From: Calditrichia bacterium
GTDB lineage: Bacteria > Calditrichota > Calditrichia > RBG-13-44-9 > J075
Direction: 5' to 3'
NCBI GenBank assembly: GCA_050633245.1
Contig: JBOEGD010000032.1
Coordinates: 1 to 64,000 of the forward strand
DNA length: 64,000 nt
Shown here: positions 1-7,618 of the stretch, piece by piece
How positions within the stretch are numbered: the stretch's first letter is position 1
How the letters are laid out: each line of letters opens with the position of its first letter
Made by a program: the position numbers and the translations under genes
Notes under the pieces: generated by a model
Seen by the model: the letters and a program-made list of their open reading frames with translations, nothing else
Told to the model about the DNA's origin: nothing
Database searches by the model: none

Positions 1-55
1 AGACTGCTCTTCGTTTATTCTCTCAAGACTATTCTTAGTCTAAAACATTTCTTTC

Positions 56-92
56 AGCGTCCTGTTTACCTTGGTAGACAGGACGCTTTTTT
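56..92 (+). terminator. Rho-independent terminator for an upstream + strand gene outside the window
   Basis: AGCGTCCTGTTTACC-TT-GGTAGACAGGACGCT stem (one G:U pair) followed by a T run. Confidence 0.75.
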
Positions 93-101
93 GTAGTCTA
101 T

Positions 102-141
102 AAAACAAGAAGAGCCGATCATCACAGATGATCGGCTCTTC
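102..141 (-). terminator. Rho-independent terminator downstream of the 216..2042 gene
   Basis: GAAGAGCCGATCATC-ACA-GATGATCGGCTCTTC perfect 15-bp stem, followed by TTGTTTT on the minus strand. Confidence 0.7.
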
Positions 142-215
142 TCTTGGGGATTATCGTACGGCTAAAACGGGATGGGTCGACATCCCGTTAGGGGTTCTCA
201 TACTTTAAAAGCGTC

Positions 216-2042
216 TTAATCATTTCCAGCCTGATTAATCTGCTCCAGCTTACGACGCTCGGCTTTTACCTGAGTTTTTAGCTTATACTTCTCTTTCTGC
301 AAACGCTTTACTTCATCCTGGGTCTTTTGAAGAGCCTTCACATTCTTCAGCTTCTGTGAAGAACGACGCAGTGTCTTCGCTTGTCCCAGCAAACGTTGTG
401 TAATCGCATCATCGGGTGTAATTTGGAGAACACTCTCATAATTACGAATGGCTAAATCGTATCTGCTGGATTCGATTGCGCTGGACGCCTTATCGTTATA
501 GTATTCGATGATTTGGCTTTTTAACTCGATTGCCGGCTGATGATCATCCTGAAGTTCTAAAACCTGACTTAGATAAAGAATCGCATTATCATTTGAAGGC
601 TTAAGGAATTGTTGCTTATCGAATGACTGATGTGCGCTTACCATCAAATCTTCAATCGAATTTCGATCGGAAATATCGTTACCAGAGGAGTTTGGAGTCT
701 CTTCCAATACCGGTTCATCCTCATTCTGAGAGACCGCGATATTGCGCTGGGTTGTTTCCTCTTCTGAAAGAGCGGGAACAACGGGTGGGTTCGTCGCAGT
801 CTGCTGAGTGGAGTTACCATTCAGTTGAGACATTACGGAATCGGACATGGCGCTTATTTTATCAAAAGAAAAATAAACTGCGGCAGCGACAAGTACAGTC
901 GGTATCAGCGTAATAAGTGCCAGTTTTGCAGAAATCGGCAGGCCGGTTCTGCGTGCTTTGGCTTGACTACGACGCTTTTTCGGTCGCTTTACATTTGCGC
1001 GCGAGGGTGACGCATCAGAGATTGCACCGTTCCGCTGCGCCGCACCATTAGGTTGGGGTGCGTGGTGTCCGTTTGACGAAGCAGGTCTATGAATACCGGG
1101 ATCGGTTGCTATCGGTTCAAAATCCTGTGATGCCGGGTCTTGTCCAAAGTCGGATGCCGCCGGAGGATCAAACGAAATGGGTTCATTGTCGAAACCCATA
1201 TCCATAGCTGTGGACTCTTTTGTGCTCTCTTCCAACGGACTCTTGGTAGGCTTACCGGTATTGAGATTTTGCTCAATCAGGTTCTCCAAAGAGCTTGCCG
1301 GTGTATCGTCAAACTCAAAATGCATATTGTTTGCAGAATCTTCCATTTCAAAGAACAGAGTTCCATCATCAGTTGTCTGAGCCTTTGGAGGCTTCGTTTT
1401 TGATGGTTTTGGCGGCTGCGGCTTTGGAGGTGCAGCTGGTCTTGGTGGCGCCGGGGGCTGCATAGGCATTGCCTGGCTAGGCGCAGGTTGTTGTGCTCGC
1501 GGACGTTGTTGCTGCGGTGGTTGCGGTCTTGGTGGCGCAGCTGGCCTTGCCTGAACAGCCGGCCTTGCCGGTGGTGCCGGTGGCCTTGCCTGAACAGCCG
1601 GTCTTGCCGGTGGTGCAATTGGTTGTTGCGGTCTCGGTGGAGCAGCAGGTCTTGCCGGAGCGGTAGCCTGAGGAGCAGGTCTTGCTGGAGCGGCCGGTCT
1701 TGCCGGTGGCTGCGGTCTTGGTGGAGCAGCAGGTCTTGCCGGTGGCTGCGGTCTTGGTGGAGCAGCAGGTCGTGCTTGAACTGGTGGTGCAACAGGTTGT
1801 TGCGGAGCAGGTTGCTCGAAGCCGGTACCACTTGGTAGTGGTTTAGGATTATTTCCACCTGATGTATTCACTGAGCCATTTGTATTGGCGGAACCATAGC
1901 TGCTCGGCTGATTCGCCGAATCCAGCATAATAACAGATTCCATTCCATGTAATGGACATATTTTATAAGGCAGTTTGCGTTTACATCTTGTGCAGTAATA
2001 TTCCTGCTTGTTGATCTTTTTGCCTGATTGGCCATACTGCAT
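216..2042 (-). CDS. Single-pass membrane protein: N-terminal CxxC-x8-CPxH Zn-finger-like motif, Pro/Ala/Gln-rich linker, TM helix, TPR-like helical domain, C-terminal coiled coil
   Basis: 608-aa ORF with AAGGAG RBS. YYCTRCKRKLPYKICPLH motif; PPRPQPPARPAA repeats; TM LALITLIPTVLVAAAVYFSF; TPR-like AIRNYESVLQITPDD. Confidence 0.75.
   Translation of the reverse strand: MQYGQSGKKINKQEYYCTRCKRKLPYKICPLHGMESVIMLDSANQPSSYGSANTNGSVNTSGGNNPKPLPSGTGFEQPAPQQPVAPPVQARPAAPPRPQPPARPAAPPRPQPPARPAAPARPAPQATAPARPAAPPRPQQPIAPPARPAVQARPPAPPARPAVQARPAAPPRPQPPQQQRPRAQQPAPSQAMPMQPPAPPRPAAPPKPQPPKPSKTKPPKAQTTDDGTLFFEMEDSANNMHFEFDDTPASSLENLIEQNLNTGKPTKSPLEESTKESTAMDMGFDNEPISFDPPAASDFGQDPASQDFEPIATDPGIHRPASSNGHHAPQPNGAAQRNGAISDASPSRANVKRPKKRRSQAKARRTGLPISAKLALITLIPTVLVAAAVYFSFDKISAMSDSVMSQLNGNSTQQTATNPPVVPALSEEETTQRNIAVSQNEDEPVLEETPNSSGNDISDRNSIEDLMVSAHQSFDKQQFLKPSNDNAILYLSQVLELQDDHQPAIELKSQIIEYYNDKASSAIESSRYDLAIRNYESVLQITPDDAITQRLLGQAKTLRRSSQKLKNVKALQKTQDEVKRLQKEKYKLKTQVKAERRKLEQINQAGND
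1420..1810 (-). repeat. Intragenic imperfect tandem repeats encoding a Pro-rich linker (about 36-bp unit, PPRPQPPARPAA)
   Basis: Recurring ggtcttgccggtgg and ggtcttggtggagcagcagg units on the + strand. Confidence 0.85.
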
Positions 2043-2402
2043 GTTAAACTCCTTTCTAGAATCCCCTGGAGGTGCTTAAATAAGAACGACTGATTACTCT
2101 TCCTTGAGCTGCCTGCCGGTTATCGACCCCTTCGATATACCTTGCGGCGAATATTCCATTGCCGTCGGAGATTTTTTCTTTACACACGAACAATTGACAG
2201 ATCGACCATTTCCATACTGTCTATTATTCGAGCGGTCCAGCTAATGCTCTAAGAGCCCATCCTGTGCATTTCTTTTACAACTCCGACGATGTTAAATCCT
2301 GCACTGAATGAATAATACTTTTGTGAATCATAGTTAACCGCGTTTTTCTGCGGTTCCGGCCACTAAATAGTTTCAAACTCATGCCAGTTATTACTATGAA
2401 CA

Positions 2403-2418
2403 TGCAATTTGCATTCCG
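2403..2418 (-). promoter_or_regulatory. Weak candidate sigma54 (-24/-12) promoter
   Basis: Minus strand CGGAATGCAAATTGCA has GG-N10-GC spacing and TTGCA at -12; about 360 nt upstream of the ATG at 2042. Confidence 0.3.
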
Positions 2419-2546
2419 TACGATTCGAAATACCATTGACCTAAAATAATTTCGCAATTTATTCGATGGTACTTGGGGACAGGATCACAATTCGATAAAG
2501 AAAAAATATGGAATGATTTTTGTACGGCGTTGGAAAAGAGGAGGAA

Positions 2547-3956
2547 CTACTTTAGGAGTAGTACTTCGAGAGCCTTAAAACGAATGGGTAAGCCGTTAAA
2601 TGTTGCCGGCTGGAATCGATAACGCATAAGAGTTTGCAGGGCATGTTGAGCATATCCAGGGCCGGGTAAACGGGAAATGATCTTTGCTTCCTGAATAAAA
2701 CCATCTGTTCCAACTATGCATTCAGCAATTACGTTGATTGATGACTTCAGACTGAGTTCTTTGGGAAGCTCTGCTTTTGGGCGAACCAAATAATGTTTTT
2801 TCCCTCCGTCAATGACACTCTCCTTGACAATTGGAGCTTTTTGTGAGGCTGGAATAACGGCATAACCCTTCTCAGCCGGCTCGGTTACTTTAGGTGTAAC
2901 CTCTTGTTCTATTGGGGCATTCGCGCTAAAGGATTCAGGTTGCTTTTCCTTTGATTTCAATGGTGCTTCCGCGCGACGTTCAGCAACCTGCTGATTTTGA
3001 ACGAATTTTTTGAGTTCTTCAATACGGCTTTTTACATATCCATCCTGAGGCGATATCTTTAGAATGCTTTTGTAAAGCTCAATGGCATTTTTATAGTCCT
3101 GCTTTCTCAGGGCTTCAGTTACCTGCTCTTGTAAGCCCTCCATAATAGTTCCTTTTAGCTTTAACGCTTCTGAGTAGTTCGGATAGTAATTAAGCACCTG
3201 CCCAAGATAAGCGACGGCACTTTCTTCCTGATCAGACATAACCTGTCCATTTTGAAACGCGAAGCGTGCTTTTTCTAATAAGGAGAATATCCGACCTTCT
3301 GAAGTGCTGAACTCACTTTCGAGCAAGCGAATTCGACCGTCAAGTGAAGCCAGTACCGGGTCTTCACTATAGTTCTCTTTGAATTGCTGATAATATTGCA
3401 GTGCTTCAGAGTAATTGCCATTGTTGTAAAGCGTTTCGGCAGTCGAGAAAAGAGTTGCGCGATCGTCATGCATATATTGATAGAGAAAATATCCTGCAGT
3501 ACTACCTGCAAAAAGAGCGAAGAGCAGGGAAATAAAAATCAGGCTTCTTCGAAGAGCAGCCGGATTTCGGCTTCTATTGTATTCATTGCTGCGATCAACA
3601 ATACGTATTCTTAATGGCGGTGGTTCTGTCGCTTGCTCTTCTTCTTCGTGATAGTAAAAGGCATTACTGTGAAAATTTTGTTCACTTCTGTCTGGTTGAC
3701 TTTTGCTGACAGCAAGGTCTCCAGCTTGATAATCATGTTCTTCCAGCGGTAACTGTCCCTGCGATTCGTTCATTACGTCCTCAACCATGCTCGCCCATGC
3801 GCTGCCATTATGTAGCGGATTTGCCGCAGGAGGAATGTAGGTTGAATCTTCTGCATCAACGACCAGAATGCCCTTTGTAAGGTGGATTGGGCACAATTCA
3901 TTGCTCATGAATTCACGACAATGGTTACAATAATACGAATAGTGCTGCTTTTTCAT
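2547..3956 (-). CDS. Membrane protein: CxxC-x8-CPxH Zn-finger-like motif, linker, TM, TPR repeats, C-terminal TonB_C-like domain
   Basis: ATG at 3956 (MKKQHYSYYCNHC) preferred over TTG at 3995. TPR GNYSEALQYYQQFKENY; C-terminus VIAECIVGTDGFIQEAKI...YRFQPATFNGLPI resembles TonB C-terminal domains. Confidence 0.75.
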   Translation of the reverse strand: MKKQHYSYYCNHCREFMSNELCPIHLTKGILVVDAEDSTYIPPAANPLHNGSAWASMVEDVMNESQGQLPLEEHDYQAGDLAVSKSQPDRSEQNFHSNAFYYHEEEEQATEPPPLRIRIVDRSNEYNRSRNPAALRRSLIFISLLFALFAGSTAGYFLYQYMHDDRATLFSTAETLYNNGNYSEALQYYQQFKENYSEDPVLASLDGRIRLLESEFSTSEGRIFSLLEKARFAFQNGQVMSDQEESAVAYLGQVLNYYPNYSEALKLKGTIMEGLQEQVTEALRKQDYKNAIELYKSILKISPQDGYVKSRIEELKKFVQNQQVAERRAEAPLKSKEKQPESFSANAPIEQEVTPKVTEPAEKGYAVIPASQKAPIVKESVIDGGKKHYLVRPKAELPKELSLKSSINVIAECIVGTDGFIQEAKIISRLPGPGYAQHALQTLMRYRFQPATFNGLPIRFKALEVLLLK

Positions 3957-4067
3957 AGCCCTGTTTATTCCCGTATCTGTTTTAGGTTTTACCAAACAGC
4001 TTTGTTCTTTTCGACAGCTCTGTTTTCAATACACAATTGACAGAGCTTGGCATTTGGCAAGAGAAAA

Positions 4068-4084
4068 AGCAAATACTGTTCCAA
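4068..4084 (-). promoter_or_regulatory. Candidate sigma54 (-24/-12) promoter
   Basis: Minus strand TTGGAACAGTATTTGCT versus consensus YTGGCACGNNNNTTGCW, exact GG-N10-GC spacing, about 110 nt upstream of the ATG at 3956. Confidence 0.6.
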
Positions 4085-4110
4085 TTTTTGAGGGGAGTAA
4101 ATAAGGATAG

Positions 4111-4140
4111 CGCTGCGATGGCCTGGGCGGTATCGCAGCG
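4111..4140 (-). terminator. GC-rich hairpin just after the lamin-tail protein stop, probable terminator
   Basis: CGCTGCGAT...ATCGCAGCG inverted repeat 11 nt past the stop codon; weak U tract. Confidence 0.45.
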
Positions 4141-4151
4141 CAAGAGGATGA

Positions 4152-6935
4152 TTATTTAATTAACGTCATCCGAATCGTTCTAAAGTAGTATCGAGATCGA
4201 AAGACAGCAAAATAAACGCCGCCTGCTACACTAACATTGCCATCAGTGCGCCCATTCCATTCAAGCTCATAAACCTGTGGATCCAGTCTGCCCTGATAAA
4301 GTGTTTTAATATGCTGTCCGATGCTGTTATAAATCGAAATGTTTACATCAAGAGCACTTTCATCTCCCAGGTTTGGGACATCGAAACGCAATCGGGTTGT
4401 CGGATTGAAGGGGTTTGGGTAAGCGTTGTATAGTGCAAATTTTGTTGGGAGAGTTTCATCCGTTCCCACCGGCTCAAGCAGTTGCGGCTTCGCCCGGCGG
4501 ATGCCGTGAGTAGTTCGAATCCCGGTTATGTCTACATCGATGAGTTTATACCAATATTCGGTTCCGTTAATAACTTGACGATCTCCGTAATCGTAATGCG
4601 TTTCTGTATTTGCACTGCCCTCGGCTTCAAGTTCTTTTTGTAGCACATAGTCTCCTTCCCGGTCTGTGCTGCGCCACACTTCAAAGGTAGAAGAATTTAC
4701 CTCAGATTCAGATGTCCAACTAACAATGACAACACCGTCTCCGGAGCCGGTTGTAAAGCTACTCAGCAAGACGGGTAAACCCTGGTCATTGCCAAGTGTT
4801 CCTGGCGAACCATTGTCTCCAGCTGTACCAATTACGTAATTTTCCTCGCGAATTGCCGAAGTACTCCAGTTGCTGCCAACTGAATTGTCTGTTTGAAAAT
4901 CCAGTAAAATCATAGATGCGCCGTTGGGGTCCGGAAAGGTGAGTCCGTTATCATAGGCTACTTCATCTATCGAAACGGTGCCGTCGACGAGGATAACCTC
5001 ATCGCTACCATTGGACAGAAAAAAGTTGGCGTAGTCGTAGTCTATGGGAACAAAGCCATTTCGTGCTAGTGCACTATCCGTTCCTAAAACCAGAAATTCT
5101 CCCGGCTGTATGATAAGCGGTTCACTTAATGGTGAGACAATAGTATGTGAGTCGAAATCATTGTCGCGAAGTATCCAGCCACTCAAATCGATTGCCTGGG
5201 CTGTTGTATTGTATAGCTCCAGCCATTCGCCGAATCCATCGGAGACAGCAGCAGGATTTTGCATTATCTCTGTAATAATAACGTCACCGGGAGAGGCCTG
5301 AGGTTGCCATGTGAAGCTTGCCTGTTCGGTAGACATCGGATTGCCGAGTATATCTTCAACATCGCCGATGGTAATTGTGTAAAGCGTGGATGTTGTTAGA
5401 ACGGGCACCGTCAAATGAACGATACTGGCGTTCGATCCATCGCGCGTGGCTGTTGTTGGGTTGCCGATCGAATTGTTGATTACATAATTCGATACATCCT
5501 GAGCCGTCGGTAAATTGACGTTCTCGTCGAACATAACGTCTATATTGATGGCAGAGGTTGCAGTAATACTTTTAATTGAAGGAGGATCGAGGTCAACAAT
5601 GCCAAAACCCGGTGTGCCCAGCGTGTCCGGGCCCAATCGCCAGTTAATTCCCAATTCATTGTCGAAGGTTACGTCAAGCAGCTCAATGGCAAATAGGCCC
5701 AAAAAATCGGGCATTACAGGCCAGTTGTTATTGCCGTTCTCATAAAACAGACTGTCGGATATTTGTGCATTCACGTCTTTCAATACAACAACGTCTGACT
5801 CCGAATCAAAATCGAAGAAGTAGTCGCCTACCACATTTCCAACACTTGGATAGTTGTATTGAAAATCACTCAGGTTATTGGTGATAACCATGAAGTCGTT
5901 GTTTTCAATAATTGTTCCATCAGGAATGCGAAAGCTACTGGTGCTGTCACATAATATCCATTGGCTCAGATCGACATCTTCTCCGGTGCCATTATATATC
6001 TCAACCCATTCGGCGGACTCTATTTCGTCATAAAAAATTTCATTGATTACAAGCTGCGGGACGTCTCCGGAATTATTTACCTGATAGGTATAGTACGTGC
6101 CGTTTGAGGTGTCTGGAGAAATATCGTTAAATCCTGTGCCATCTGCTGCATACACATAGTATTTAACGATTGTTCCATCGGGTTGCGGTGGAATCTCTGC
6201 GCTGTAGATATCGCCACTGGTATTAGACATCGTAGTAAATGTAAAACCGCTACCGACATTATAGAATACGCGTGCCGTATCAATGCTGGTATCGTCCGTA
6301 AGTGTTGCAGTAATTTGCACGGCATCTGAGGAAGTAGGTATGAGCGGGCTTTGCGATACATTGTTAACTTCCGGCGCCTCATTGGGGTCAAATACCGAAT
6401 TCTGGCTTCCCGGCGTTCCACCGATCGCTCCGACTCCGGTTGATGCGAGCCAGTTGTTGCCATCAATGTTGTCGTACGTTGGATTGATTAATTCCAGGCT
6501 TGGACCAAACCCATCAGGACTGCCGCTACCATTCGGCCATGGTGCAATATCATCGTATCGCACGAAATCCAGGGTGTTAAATGACGTGTCGAAAAGCCAA
6601 ACGTTTTCACCATTATTGTTCAGGTTGCCAAAGTCCCACTGCAGGTCGGCGTCAAAACCATAGAAATTACGAAAAGCGGCACTGTCAACGCAAATAACGA
6701 AGTAGTCACTTGCAGCGATAGTTGTACCAGCAGGAAATGTAATATTGACGCCGGAGGTTGAGTAACCTCCTATATTCACATCGGCTGATGACCTATTGTA
6801 AAACTCAATAAACTCGGTGGTATCTATACCGGCTTCGAGCGGATTGTAGTTAATTTCATTTATAACAATTTGGGCGGAAAGGGATGTTGCAAAAAGTAAC
6901 GTACATAGCGATACAAAAACGTAGCGTTTCCACAT
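4152..6935 (-). CDS. Secreted lamin-tail-domain (LTD x3) and Ig-like protein with C-terminal YPNPFNP/FlgD-Ig sorting domain
   Basis: ATG at 6935 after GAGGAG; signal peptide MWKRYVF...SLSA. Three LTD starts (IVINEINYNP, LVINEIFYD, VIITEIMQNP), each ending in GTPG/GSPG; LPVLLSSFT motif; NAYPNPFNPTT. Confidence 0.85.
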   Translation of the reverse strand: MWKRYVFVSLCTLLFATSLSAQIVINEINYNPLEAGIDTTEFIEFYNRSSADVNIGGYSTSGVNITFPAGTTIAASDYFVICVDSAAFRNFYGFDADLQWDFGNLNNNGENVWLFDTSFNTLDFVRYDDIAPWPNGSGSPDGFGPSLELINPTYDNIDGNNWLASTGVGAIGGTPGSQNSVFDPNEAPEVNNVSQSPLIPTSSDAVQITATLTDDTSIDTARVFYNVGSGFTFTTMSNTSGDIYSAEIPPQPDGTIVKYYVYAADGTGFNDISPDTSNGTYYTYQVNNSGDVPQLVINEIFYDEIESAEWVEIYNGTGEDVDLSQWILCDSTSSFRIPDGTIIENNDFMVITNNLSDFQYNYPSVGNVVGDYFFDFDSESDVVVLKDVNAQISDSLFYENGNNNWPVMPDFLGLFAIELLDVTFDNELGINWRLGPDTLGTPGFGIVDLDPPSIKSITATSAINIDVMFDENVNLPTAQDVSNYVINNSIGNPTTATRDGSNASIVHLTVPVLTTSTLYTITIGDVEDILGNPMSTEQASFTWQPQASPGDVIITEIMQNPAAVSDGFGEWLELYNTTAQAIDLSGWILRDNDFDSHTIVSPLSEPLIIQPGEFLVLGTDSALARNGFVPIDYDYANFFLSNGSDEVILVDGTVSIDEVAYDNGLTFPDPNGASMILLDFQTDNSVGSNWSTSAIREENYVIGTAGDNGSPGTLGNDQGLPVLLSSFTTGSGDGVVIVSWTSESEVNSSTFEVWRSTDREGDYVLQKELEAEGSANTETHYDYGDRQVINGTEYWYKLIDVDITGIRTTHGIRRAKPQLLEPVGTDETLPTKFALYNAYPNPFNPTTRLRFDVPNLGDESALDVNISIYNSIGQHIKTLYQGRLDPQVYELEWNGRTDGNVSVAGGVYFAVFRSRYYFRTIRMTLIK

Positions 6936-7094
6936 AGGCAGCTCCTCGATATTACGGCGATGATGTAAGAACCCAATGACAAATAAGCGTGTCCCTGGCG
7001 TCGGACGATGCAGGGAATAAGTCAATTTCCCGTGTTAACGCTTTATCTGTGTGATGTCTGAAACAAATGGGAAGAGCTGTTTATAAAAAGTGGG

Positions 7095-7562
7095 TTACCA
7101 ATCTTTAAATGGATGTTTAACAAGATTGGCGTTGTAGTAGCGTGGATCGTCGGTGACTTCTTCTCCAACCCATTCAGGAAGTGTGATTTTCTGGTCTTCA
7201 GATTTCAATTCAACTTCAGCGATAATCAGACCGTCATTGTCTCCGTAAAACTCGTCGATCTCCCAGATGAGGTTGTCTATTTTTATTTCGAAACGCGTTT
7301 TATCAATAAGTGGTGTTTTACAAAGCGAATTGAGCATTTCTTCCGCATCCTTGCGAGGAATGCGGTATTCATATTCAAGCCGTGTTGTTGCGTTAACCTT
7401 TGCCTTAATCGTCAAAAACGCTCTTCTTCCTGCTATGCGAACGCGAACAACGCTGGAGGTGTCGTTTTTAATATAGCCCTGTTTGTAGCGCTTGCCTTTT
7501 GCCATTGTGCGCCAATTGTCGTTCTTTAGAAGAAATTTACGTTCAATTTCCAGTGCCATCAT
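7095..7562 (-). CDS. CYTH-domain (triphosphate tunnel) protein
   Basis: N-terminal EIERKFL (ExExK) motif, RVRI...LTIK, EYEY, WEIDEF, IAEVEL. Confidence 0.9.
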   Translation of the reverse strand: MMALEIERKFLLKNDNWRTMAKGKRYKQGYIKNDTSSVVRVRIAGRRAFLTIKAKVNATTRLEYEYRIPRKDAEEMLNSLCKTPLIDKTRFEIKIDNLIWEIDEFYGDNDGLIIAEVELKSEDQKITLPEWVGEEVTDDPRYYNANLVKHPFKDW

Positions 7563-7618
7563 TACTCCACTTTGTTTACCAAATAGATTTGAGTAAGACT
7601 ATCAAAGAGACTTTGGGT

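Noticed and set aside
1277-1858. Alternative-frame ORFs over the Pro-rich repeat (193 aa minus, 116 aa plus)
   Set aside because: Open frames are a by-product of the GC-rich tandem repeat inside a better-supported gene.
2265-2280. TGCA-N7-TACAA as another copy of the enhancer box
   Set aside because: The spacer is 2 nt longer than the N5 consensus.
2043-2400. c-di-GMP riboswitch in the long leader of the Zn-finger/TPR gene
   Set aside because: I could not find the class I (GGCAAA...GACGCAAAG) or class II core motifs by eye; an Infernal search would be needed.
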